A stretch of DNA of 64,000 nucleotides, from the NCBI RefSeq assembly GCF_964194025.1, contig NC_134477.1, forward strand, positions 44,330,001-44,394,000, written 5' to 3'. The position numbers and the translations under genes were made by a program. This stretch comes from Convolutriloba macropyga (Eukaryota). Below the pieces are notes generated by a model that was not told where the DNA came from, searched no databases, and saw only the letters and a list, made by a program, of their open reading frames with translations. Below are positions 53,248 to 64,000 of the stretch, piece after piece (within the stretch, counting starts at the first letter, position 1; the number at the start of each line of letters is the position of its first letter).

Positions 53248-53524
53248 CTAGAAAATAATTAAATAATGAATTTTGAAATATTTCATCCATTCGACATAAA
53301 ACCTCAATAACTTGTTCAAAAAATCGCGAGATGATTACTTTAAATTGGATACATCTAAGTATTGTTATTTGCTGATACAATGTAAAACTATGATGTGAGA
53401 TGTAGATTCTGTCCACCTAATATTGTTAAAAGCCAACAAATTTAAAATCTATTGCAGTTGTTCTCTCTAATTGATAGATTCCTCTGAAAATACAGTGGAA
53501 ATTAAGATATCCTTTGTGACTGAC

Positions 53525-53655
53525 CTCTTGCAAAAGCGTATCCGATGAGTCCGTTGTAGTTCCCACACACTACTAGCACCCACTTCCTATAGCACCTGCC
53601 GTATCTGCCCTTCATCACACACACCCTCTTAACTTCCAAGATCTTTGTCTGAAAC
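53525..53655 (-). CDS. MRPS5: MRPS5 exon 4 (not in ORF track)
   Basis: FQTKILEVKRVCVMKGRYGRCYRKWVLVVCGNYNGLIGYAFAR is the S5 N-terminal dsRBD-like domain. TACAG acceptor, G|GTCAGT donor. Confidence 0.9.
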
Positions 53656-53948
53656 CTGTACCACAACAACACAATCACCACATGTAAGACAGAGGGTAAT
53701 TCTATTTTATATAATTCTCTAAACAGCTCTAAATAAGCTAGTAATCATTAACAGCTATATATATTTTTTCTTTCATATTAAAGGCTTAAATGCTGCCATA
53801 AAATCTTCATAAAGAAGCAAAGATTTTAGTTATGTTAAGCCCGACAGTTCGATCGGAAGCCGATTTCAAATATAAAATCTTTTCAAAAACAAAAGCCTCA
53901 TATAGAGAATCGATGAGCATTACGTGTAAAAGCAGTGAAGTCACCAAC

Positions 53949-54555
53949 CCTTTGTAATCAACTACGCCCTTTGGATCTGGTGCACCCACTGACAACCCCC
54001 CGAGAGACTTTGATGTCCAACCCCTGATACTCAATGGAGCCGAGTAGCTTCGCTTTCTCACTCGCTTATCAGCCGCATCGAATTTAACCGCCTGTGCTTT
54101 CTGTAAATCTTTAACTGATCCCAACGCTTGGTCCACTCGGACTCTGTTGAAACGGCTCATTCGCGGGTTTCCTCCAGGAATACCCCCGGCTCCTGTTGAG
54201 CAACTCCGTACCCCATTTAAACAGGGATTGCAATCATTAACATTTGATAACGAGGCTGTTGAGAAATTGCGTTTTGATTGGATCCGGTGACTTTTTGATC
54301 TCTGAGCGCCCGGTGACCGTGACCTTTCAGATCTCTCTTTTCCAGTACCCGAGTCAATTGTTGAATGTTGGGCTGTTTCTGTCATAGGTGACTGTCGTTT
54401 AGAGGTAATGAGCTCTTTAGCAGCACTGTGTGATTGCATCCATGATTTTGTTAACCCGTGTGATCCAGGTATGGGTGCTTCATTTGAACCTGGAACATAC
54501 ATTTGTGCGCAATTAATTCTATCGCGTATACTGCTTACTGCTATGGGCTGACTAT
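53949..54555 (-). CDS. MRPS5: MRPS5 exon 3 (carries a large insertion)
   Basis: 607-nt open exon ending RGWTSKSLGGLSVGAPDP, similar to recalled RGWSGNSWGGISLGPPDP. AACAG acceptor, GG|GTTGGT donor, phases consistent. Confidence 0.8.
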
Positions 54556-54993
54556 CTGTTCAAATCAGATATATTTTTCCTCTAGAAACTGTTTTCATTA
54601 GCTCATATGAATAAACCATTTTCTACATTGGCATTAAAATGGAATGCATGGCATAAGAGTTGACAATCATTGCCTTTATTTATTACACTATGAAGATGTA
54701 AAAAATAACAGTTAGAGTTTGTTATATTTAACCGACCGGGGGAATGAAACAATTCCACACACGAAACATAAGATTTCGTACAAATAACACGCTATTTCTT
54801 TGTATAATCCTTGTATAATGAATGACTAGCGCATTAAAGAGGCACTTTTGTGATGAACAGTATCGAATTGGTCTCCGTTGTTATCGGTTTATCTTAAAAA
54901 TACGTTTTATTATTTTTTTTTTAAAGTGATAGCACTCAATTACAACTGGATGTCAAGAGGAGATCTGATCTATGAAGAGAAGTTGCCATTTAC

Positions 54994-55124
54994 CTTGATC
55001 AAAAGCGTCCTTCAGTGTCTCATTGTAATGTTGGATCTTCACAGGTGCATTCAAACCAGGCCACATGATTCCCAACTTGCCAGTTCCTACAGGTCTTCCC
55101 AAATTCAGATCCTTCACTGCTTTC
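54994..55124 (-). CDS. MRPS5: MRPS5 exon 2 (not in ORF track)
   Basis: KDLNLGRPVGTGKLGIMWPGLNAP, similar to recalled KDLNRGQIIGEG...WPGLNVP. TTTAAG acceptor, G|GTAAAT donor. Confidence 0.88.
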
Positions 55125-55928
55125 CTTAAACAGACACACTACATTCAACTAATCAGGATTGATTATTTCTTGACTGAAGATACTAAAGTTACTGAAGATA
55201 CTGGAGGTCGGTGGATGTTAGAATCAGGTTTCTGTTGGTGGGAGAATTTACTTTGACATATGATTGATAGGTCAATAAGATAATGATAGCGCCAAAACAA
55301 AATTAGAATTGAGTTTAGTTTTGTGGCCATTACTTATCTACACAGCAATAAAGTTAATCAGGTTAGTTCTTCTTTCGTTCTTTGAAACGTTAATAAAGAA
55401 AACTTCTAAGTTTCTTGATGTTTCTTTGAAATCATCACAGACCACAAATAACCTGAGCGAATAGTGCAATTTTGCCATGAACTCTAGAAACACAAACAGT
55501 TAAGCTTGATAAACGTACCCAGCTGTGTGCGTCCCAACTATCACCAAGATTTTTTCGATATAGCAATACACTACAACACCTCTAACTGGGCGCCATAAAC
55601 AACACAGTGTGATGGATCCCATTATTCGGGTAACGTGAATTCTGTTATGTTTTTTTTACCGGTATCGATATCAGCATAGCACTAAAATTGAATCCAGTTC
55701 AAGTATACAAAAGCTACTTCGGTAAAGTTAAAATGCTTTTATACACTTGAAATAGATGCCACCTCTGTGCTCTCTGGGTTGCTCGAAAAGAATACAAAAT
55801 ATATTTTTCCATTTATCAAGAAAAAAGAAACGGCGTGGATAATTGGCGTACATAATCAAACTAGAAGACAGAAACTCGGGTACAGTAACTTCAAAATACA
55901 GTAATGATGAAAAATAAAATCTTAATAC

Positions 55929-56116
55929 CTGATTAAACGTTTTCCTCCAGTGTGCTGCTTTTGGTCATGCGGCGTCACACTTTGCCAGAGTTGGGCGGCA
56001 GTTTTGGAGTTGATGAAATTGGAGCCCAATCTGTAGTTGATCTGATTGACAGAACATGCTAGGATGGCTCTCAATGATGACTGGTAGTTTTTGGACAGAA
56101 TTGGCATGCAATGCAT
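55929..56116 (-). CDS. MRPS5: MRPS5 exon 1 with mitochondrial targeting peptide (full model about 553 aa)
   Basis: Acid-free R/S/L-rich N-terminus, then KTAAQLWQSV...GGKR, similar to recalled TADELWKG...GRGKR. AG|GTATTA donor. Seven exons total 1662 nt in frame. Confidence 0.85.
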
Positions 56117-56579
56117 ATTGAAACCTTCAGATAATGCCTTGGAATTTCAGTCGCACATGTTGAGAACTACGTCATAAAGTAATTCATCATTCTCTGAAGA
56201 CATCTATGGAATTTTTGGCAAAGCAAAAAATAATTATTCAAATATTTAATTATGGTTACATTGCAAAAACAAAACAGACAACAGCCCAAAAATAGTAAAC
56301 ACATCAGATCAAACCTAAAATCCAAAAAGAGGGATTCATCGTTTTAAATTGGACATCTACTCTGCAGCGCTCGCAAAAAAAGCATCCAGCCATTCAAAAT
56401 TTCTGTCCATAATACTTATAACTCTTGATTAAAATCCGTGACATCTTAAGAATCTCAATATTCCAAGCGTTTCATCACAGCCAAAAAGTATGTTTACATT
56501 TAAGGTAATCTAGCTGACAAAAAATATTGGAAAAAAATTTGGATCAAAAGCGACGATAATTTCCAAAACCATAAGAAAT

Positions 56580-57312
56580 AAACACTAAGAGCACTATAAG
56601 AGCAAAATTAATGTCAATATTTAACAAGAAAACTGCAAAGCAGTAGAACTCACTGAAATTGAAAAAGTCAATTCCAAGAAGGCAGGTCGCAAGAATCATC
56701 GCTGGAGACGACGAATTAAAAAAAACATAAGCGGACAAGTACTGACGTACAATTCAAAGAAATTTCATTGACTAAACATGACTAGACCTGGAATTGCCTA
56801 TGAAAGAACTGGGAATTGATTTCTAAAAAAAATCAGATAAAATGAAAAAAAGGAGAAACTCAATGTCAAAATGCCGCATGTGAAAAAACCACTAGCGAGA
56901 AATGGAAATTTGGTTCAAACAAAAACTAGGCCTAGAATGAACTATGAACGGATTGGTAAAACCATTTAGAAAAATTCCTATCCAAAAAACTGACAAAAAA
57001 ACAATAAAAATCTAAGTGAAATTTCCGCATGTGAACAAAAAACCACAAGCGAGAAAGCGAATTTTTGTTCAACCACCGTTTTCTCACTCTACTTTAAAAT
57101 AAGAGCAAAAAAATTTCGCGGCACAAAACCACTCGCTTTTTTTCTCCACTTCCTGTTCCGGCAAGACCAAAATCAGAACTCCAATTTGACTTCAGAAATC
57201 ATGAAAAAGTGAGAGCAGATCATAAAAAAGACAGCGCCCCAAAACAATTCAAATTCTTTAGAAAACCACGATGTCCCCAATAAAAGCCGCTATTGCTTCG
57301 CGTCTATTAAAA
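56580..57312 (-). mobile_element. Helentron-like family R (partial) with family Q nested from 56726
   Basis: GGAGACGACGAATTAAAAAAAA|CATAA junction and R-type terminus at 57262-57310. Confidence 0.7.
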
Positions 57313-60000
57313 AAATCTTAATTATATAAATTTACATCGAGACAAAATCGATATCACTCTGGGATAGCGCAATTAGGCCATGAAGGCCTGTTTTCAAGTG
57401 TCTCAAGCAGAAGAGAAATGACTGTAGTAGTTGCTGATAAAAACCAGGAAGAATTACTGCTGTCAAAAAATACAGAATTAAATAACTTTCGATGTCAACA
57501 TTCGGTGTCTTTACTAGTAAATTTAGATAGCAACTCACAATTGTCTATGATTTAATCATCATTGAATTTATGAGAAAAATCTTTAACTTGAAGGTTTGAT
57601 TTGGTACGAATGTTATTTACAAAGTTTGGAAAATATACTATTCAGCAGTTCGTCATCTGCCTGATTTTAAGCCTTATAGAACGATCACCATATTTGTTTT
57701 TAAGTACACAAAGTTTCCTAGATCTCGTTCGACCATTCGTGACATGACAGAAATAATGAAGTTAAGCGAAAGCTCAGGAAGTTTAAATTAGGAAAGCTGC
57801 AATCCAGAAATTCGTTTGCGTTTGTAGGAATTATTCTTTTCTCTCAAAGTGGTTAAGACGAGTGCATTGTCAGCACTGGGAACTTATCGGCAACTCATTG
57901 GTTGAAATTGCTTAATTTCTTGTTCAATAAGGCAAATTCAGTATCTTTTTTTAAGGAGATTTAAATTAATTTTAAAAATTTTGATCTAACTGCATGAAAT
58001 GTTGGACTTTGGTAATTTACCTTTTAGAAACTTGCTATATTTTCTGCAGTTAGTAATATACTTTCTCAAGGTAAAGTTATAAAAATAAAACTCAAATAAA
58101 CTGCTTTGAAGTCAAATGTGAGCAATTATTTGGTCCTTGTTTCCGTAAAGAAAGCGTTTCCTAGAACCTACAGCTTATTTCAGCACTAAGTTTTTTACGC
58201 AACTTGAGGTTTTCATTTGAGGTTTTGTATTAAACTGCAGCGGATTAAATTGGCGACTTACATACTGAAGACAGCAACTAACTTAGGTCACGCGCAAGCC
58301 AAGGTGCCATGCCAAGCGTGAAAAAGTCACTCAAAAAGTCTGTTTCGATAAGACGAGAAAACCATCCAGAGAAAAACCATTAAGGATGTTCAACAGGGCC
58401 AAAAAATGCTATGAACTTGTTTGAGAGCAATTAATATACAGTTCATAGGGAGCACCTATCAATTAATTTACTTAAAAGGTGATTCGAATCACATTTTACT
58501 GTTCTTGATCACATTACAAAGAAAACAAATTTTGTCCATTTTTAAGATGTGAAATGGCTGCGCGATAGCACAGATGCCTGATCATCCATTTTCTTTCGTT
58601 TTATTGTTCCAACATTCTTTTCAAAATGGGGGAATATATTATAATCAAGTAAATACTGAATCAAGTAAATATATGCGAGGCCGGATAACAAAAACTCTTT
58701 ACTATGGGCTGCAGAAGGGGAGCAGTTTAAAAAACGTTTCGAATTTTTGAGGGGGGTGATTGTTGAGAAGGATGTTTAATTATTAAACTAAAAGAATAAA
58801 ACATTCTCGAAAAAATTGTCATAACACTATATAAAAAGGTATATACAATTTTGTTTGAAGAAAAAACAGAGCAAAGATTTCCGTGTAAGAATTAGGTATT
58901 CAAAAGAGTAAAATAAAAAAAACAGTTTTCTTTTGGTTTCCGCGAGCTATTTCTTTTTTATTACCAAGTCTAAGCTTTTACTTTCTTGTTTTTCGAATGA
59001 CTTTCGATTTAATCAAATCCCAAAAATCAATAATACATGGGAATCAAAAATTAAAACAGACGATAAATTTTTATAAAAAACAAAAAATTATTCTTTTTCT
59101 TTGAAACCATAATTATTTTTTTAAACTATTGATTACTTTATAAATAGTTTCTTTGACTTCATTTACCAAAGGATAAATGTGATACTTATTATGTACAAGA
59201 AAACTACAGGAAACAAATTTTCTAGAGCAAAAAATATTAAAGTCGAAAAATTTCATGCATCTCTTTTATTGTTTTTTTTTGTAATTTAGTTCAACGGCCA
59301 AAATGAGTAATTTTCAATTTTTTATAAAAACGCGAAAGATCAAAGGTTTTTAATATTCAACAAAAATAAATTGATCATATAAATTTGGCGGGCACCTACG
59401 CTAAACCTCAATTCACAAATCATATTCCACCTGAAATTTAATTTGATTGAATTGTCACAGACTTGACCAAATATGGGATACTTGTGAGGAGATGAAGAGA
59501 AAACAATGAGGTGAGACAGCCATTTTTCAAAATTGTATTCAGTTGAATAATGATTCTGATAATTCATAATTTTTTATGTAAACTTATGTGAAAAATGATC
59601 CTATGCAATGTAAACACTCTGCATTATAACCATACAAAGCTTCTTAATCTAAAGTAAAAAAGAAAAATTAGTTCCTTAGGGAACGTCAAAAACATAACCA
59701 CAGGGAATGCAAGACACGTGGAAAGAGAGAAAAAAGTTTCCATTTCCAAATTGCTTGATTCAGACCTAAATTGATTGTGATGTTTGTGCTGCTCTAATGG
59801 TTTTATTTACATTAGGAGGCCAATTGAGTGGGATCTATAGATTAGATGTTTGAATATTCTCACTTGAAATAGTTATTTTCAATCTCCTTATTGAGACAAC
59901 ATCTTTATTGAGGTAGAAATATATTTTTTTCCATAAGTGCTGTAACAGATTAGACAAAAACTTCATCAATGTGATTTTTGAGCTCAATGTGATCATGAGT

Positions 60001-60200
60001 NNNNNNNNNNNNNNNNNNNNNNNNNNNNNNNNNNNNNNNNNNNNNNNNNNNNNNNNNNNNNNNNNNNNNNNNNNNNNNNNNNNNNNNNNNNNNNNNNNNN
60101 NNNNNNNNNNNNNNNNNNNNNNNNNNNNNNNNNNNNNNNNNNNNNNNNNNNNNNNNNNNNNNNNNNNNNNNNNNNNNNNNNNNNNNNNNNNNNNNNNNNN
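60001..60200. other. Assembly gap (200 N)
   Basis: Run of N. The ORFs spanning it are artefacts. Confidence 1.
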
Positions 60201-60377
60201 AGAGTGAAAAATAACGTCACGCATGCAAATCAATTGAAATTGCATGAACGAATGAACAAAAAGCAGATTTGAAAAGCTTGTGACGTTATATGGTCGTAAG
60301 AAAAATATTGACGATGAAATAAAAAAACAAGAGAAGGCCAATAATAGCCTTAGCTATCGCAGTGCGGCTATTAAAAA
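60201..60377 (-). mobile_element. Family P element, terminal part, truncated by the gap
   Basis: Matches 37870-38036, including AAGAGAAGGCCAATAATAGCC...GCGGCTATTAAAA. Confidence 0.75.
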
Positions 60378-61095
60378 CTCGACACAAACAACTATAATTT
60401 GCTTAATATTCGTGACATTTTCTGAGGAGTGGCTTTAAGTTGCAAAATAATTGACAATAGATCTGATTTCATATCTGTCAAAATTATATGGAAATGAGAG
60501 TTAGTTGTGTTTTTTTTTCGGTTTTCTTATTAAAAACCGTTGTAACCATGGTCGCTCCAAAAAAATGGCTTCAGCTTGAGTTTTGCGATACTTATTGTCA
60601 AGCAAACTTTTCTTTTCAGAACAGGGAAATTTTTTCATAATTTTGAGACGTATGTTGGAACATTCTGTGCTACGCACAGTCTCACACGAGCCGTCTTGTT
60701 CCGATAAGTTTGTTGTGTATTTTTTTTTAACTCTATCCAAAAAGCAAACATAGCATCATTTGTGGCCAATTTTAGTTTTAGCTTTCCACCAATATTAGAG
60801 GTTATAATTTTTTGACATCAATGAATTCCAGAAAACGCAATTTCAACCAGGGTGCCATTTAGCTCCTTTGTCATTTCGAAATCGAACTAGCCAACTACTT
60901 CCTTTCATTGCAGTCTAAGAAAAAGAAAAATTATATTGCATTTTGAATTAAACCATTTAGGTATTGAGATAACTGAATTAATTTACGAATAAAATAACTC
61001 CATTCTAATGTACTAAATCTATAATTAATTTGAACTCAAAGAAAGAAGAAATATATACTACAGGCACTACAGAAAGTGATATATAGGATGTTGGT

Positions 61096-61302
61096 TCAAC
61101 ACAGCAAGAAGTCAAAAAAGTCGCAAGAACAGAAGATCAAAGTCAACAAGTCTTGTGTCGTGTTGGCTGCAAACTGACACCGCCCTTCTCTTGCTTTCAG
61201 TCTTGAGAGTGGTTGCGTTGTGATGATGGACCCGCCAGCACCAACCGTCACTTGTTGAAAGTCAGAGTTTGAAGTCACGTTGTCCGATTTGCTTGGTTCC
61301 AT
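61096..61302 (-). CDS. Candidate 68-aa cysteine-rich tail-anchored microprotein (CYSTM-like)
   Basis: ATG-TGA ORF with higher GC than its flanks. Polar N-terminus with ITTQP and a C-terminal hydrophobic Cys-containing tail LLTLIFCSCDFFDFLLC. Confidence 0.5.
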   Translation of the reverse strand: MEPSKSDNVTSNSDFQQVTVGAGGSIITTQPLSRLKAREGRCQFAANTTQDLLTLIFCSCDFFDFLLC

Positions 61303-63715
61303 TTCTCAGTCGAGAGCTGATCTCCGTATCGACATCAATTCGTCATATCTATAGCATAACAGCGTCTTAAAAATACCTTGAAATTCTAGAACCTATTCAG
61401 CATTCGTACGTTCTTTAGCAACCATATAAACGGATAAAAGCAAAAAAATAATATTCAAAAACCCGATCTTTCTCAATATCAGTAAGCAGAAATTACGGTA
61501 TCTTATCAAAAGGAACGCAGAATTGCCAGAACAACCAAATTTACACGTTATTTTTTAGATTTGAAAAAGCTGCAATAGGGTTGAAATTGTCCATACATAT
61601 TCGAACTTTCCATGAAATTCACTTTAGAGCAAAAACGTTTTCAGCAATAATTTTCTTTTTTGTCTCATACCCATGTGTAAACACTGCTGTTTGAAACGCA
61701 ATTAAATACAAACGCAGTTCCACTCAGCTCATTATAAACGGAATATATATAAATTTATTTCGGCAATTGGTTGTTAAAAGGGAGACTAAATTTAAAAACA
61801 TAGCTGGCAGATTGCCACAAAATAGCCGCAATAGCTTCGTAGATCTGCAGTCTCAATAAAACAGTAAAAAACAAAGACCAAAAAAATCGTCTTTTCATTG
61901 AAGGCTGATATGTTATATTTTGATCGAAAATCTGTATAAGCTTCTGCTGCTTCTATTAGCTGCTCTCAAATAACCTTCATTTAGAGTGACACATGCCCAT
62001 TTGACCTTATCTCTCTGAATTAAAGTAAAAAAAAAAGTCAATTACAAAGTCAGGAAGTCATTTTTCGTGAGTGAGTTAAGTCACGTGTGACCAAAAATTT
62101 AATCGCGCAAATGAACAAAAAACTAGCTCAACTAAGAGTGAAAAACAACGTCACACACGCACTTCATCTCAAATTGCATGAACGAATGAGCAAAAAGCAG
62201 ATTTGAAGTGGTTGTGACGTCATATGGTCGAAACAAAAATTGCGACGACGAAATAAAACAAAGCAGGACAAATCCTGACAAACAATTCAAAGAATTTTCA
62301 TTGACTAGGCTAAAAATTAGACCTAGATTGGACTATGAGTGAATTGGGAGAACATTCCTAAAAAATTATCAGATCAAAAAAAATAAAAGAAATCAAAAAA
62401 TCTATGTCAAAATGCCGCATGTGAACAAAAAACCAATAGCGATAAATTAAAACTTGGTTCAAATAAAAAAAGGCCTAGAATCAACGATGAACGGATTGGG
62501 AAAACCATTTAGAAAAAATTACAATCCAAAAAATAAAAAAAACAGTTAAAATCAAAATGAAATTGACGTATGTGAACAAACAACAACTAGCGAGAAAGCG
62601 AATTTTTGTTCAATTACCGACTTCTCAATCTACTTTAAAATTAGAGCAAACAAATTTCACGCTGCAAAACCACTCGCTTTTTCGCTCCACTTCCTGTTTC
62701 TGCGTGACCAAAATCACTACTCCAATTTGACTTCAAAAATCATGAAAATGTGTGAACAGATCTTAAACAAAAACATAGCCAGCAGAATTCTGGAAAAGAC
62801 TCGGAGAAAATTGGCCATACATATGATTAAACTTTTAGAACATCTACTGTGAACCCTGAACCTCCAGAAACGCCATAAAAAATTTAAGGAAGAATACAAA
62901 CGGCATTCAAAAACAAGTTGAATAAAAAAACTAGAAAAACTTACTCAAGTATTATTATAATAGTACACGGAAACAAAGCCGAGTACAATTCCTTTGCAAT
63001 TAGGGCAAGGAAAAGCTCGCAAATGGCCAAGTCATAGTAGGCTAAGAAACTTGTCTAAGACTAAAAAAGAGAAAAAACTAAAAAAAAATTAAGAAAAAAG
63101 GTTTAAAATTTTTCAATTTTTCTGTCAATTTTCCTAAGCAAATAATTTACACCAATAAAACTTTAGTCAACTGGTATCCGAATATTCCTTAAGCAACAAG
63201 CTTCTATTCAAATCCCACTTAAAGTATCAAATTAAAAAAAAACAGGCAAAAATCACCTAAAACAGGCAAAAATTTCGCCTAAAAATCAGCAAAACTCAAA
63301 TTAACTACTTGAAACCTTCAATTCCTATCAAAACAAACCTAAGGCTGAAACAATATCATAATCAAAACTCATAACCATCAAAAGTTGCAAAAAACTGCTT
63401 ATAAAAGCCGCACGTGAACAAAAAAAATTCGCTTGCTTTGAGAAAATTTTTCACACATCAATTTCTCGCTCTCTCAAAAAAGCGGTATGAACAAAAACCA
63501 ATCCTTCCGCTCCGCGCTTCAGTTTTGTTTAGCACCAAAATCACTCCCAATTTTTTCACGCGTTTCATTTCCCGCTTCAAAAATCACTCCAAGAAAATTG
63601 ATTAAAAAACATAAACCGACACATGTCGGAAGAATTGCTCTTGAACGACAGGCAAGGCAATTTAATTCAGGGACTGTAGCCTAAATCAATTTTTCTTTAT
63701 ATGTGCAAAAACTTT

Positions 63716-63785
63716 TCCCCGCCGGGATTCCAACCACTGACCTCCAGATCCACAACCACACGCACTAAGCACTGGGCTACGAATC
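63716..63785 (-). pseudogene. tRNA-derived sequence (His-GTG-like SINE head or tRNA pseudogene)
   Basis: Minus strand: TAGCCCAGTGCTTAG (A box), TTGTGGA loop and GGTTGGAATCCC (mutated B box). The acceptor stem does not pair. Confidence 0.6.
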
Positions 63786-63904
63786 ACTTACTTCTATTCT
63801 GCAACCGAATTTATATTAGCAACACGCTTTACTTCGAAGTGAGAGCAATAGAGATCACGCAAATATGAAGAACGAAAGCGTAAAAAAGTCACTTGAGAAG
63901 TCAA

Positions 63905-63919
63905 AGAATGTTCTAGAAG
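63905..63919. promoter_or_regulatory. Perfect three-unit heat-shock element
   Basis: aGAAtgTTCtaGAAg, identical over 16 nt to hsp70 promoter positions 31071-31086. Confidence 0.4.
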
Positions 63920-64000
63920 AAAAGCGCAAAATTGTCAATCGAAAAATTTGCATAAAAAAGACACACGTTTACAATAATTGCTATGAACTTCGTTCAAGTG

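Larger units (their letters stand above)
61799..64000 (-). mobile_element. Multi-level nest of Helentron-like elements P[Q[T-like[U...]]], open at the window edge
   Basis: Successive CATAGC-type starts, each followed by a hairpin, at 61799, 62259, 62774 and 63610. Confidence 0.65.

Noticed and set aside
56147-56190. Two tiny upstream ORFs before MRPS5
   Set aside because: The transcription start is unknown, and such uORFs are frequent by chance in AT-rich DNA.
59835-60341. ORFs containing X runs
   Set aside because: Artefacts of the N gap.
37536-63000. CRISPR- or integron-like reading of the repeated CATAGC/hairpin junctions
   Set aside because: Eukaryotic context with no cas or integrase gene. 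Bracket-matched ends are better explained by nested Helentron-like insertions.

Overview
AT-rich eukaryotic nuclear DNA, most likely from an invertebrate animal (spliceosomal introns, no operons; species not determinable), with a 200-N scaffold gap at 60001-60200. Genes reconstructed by hand from splice sites and reading phase: a PMP22/claudin-superfamily gene (minus strand, runs off the left edge, 9.7-kb intron); a 4-coding-exon alpha-carbonic anhydrase (+, 258 aa); an intronless HSE/TATA-driven cytosolic Hsp70 (+, 644 aa); a 7-exon mitochondrial ribosomal protein S5 (minus, about 553 aa, with a roughly 150-aa insertion); and a candidate 68-aa CYSTM-like microprotein (minus). The rest is mostly transposon-derived: LINE and Pao/BEL remnants, CCCGGGTCGAG-ended MITEs, a 2.6-kb near-spacerless palindrome, foldback TIR elements abutting the hsp70 promoter and tRNA-derived repeats. 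The most striking signal is at 37.5-64 kb. At least five families of non-autonomous Helentron/DINE-1-like elements, each with its own subterminal inverted repeat, all lie in the same orientation. They are nested like Russian dolls, each guest sitting in an A-run about 37-46 nt inside the same terminus of its host. Family labels P, Q, R, S, T and U are mine. Identities and homologies were judged by eye and from recalled motifs; no searches were run.
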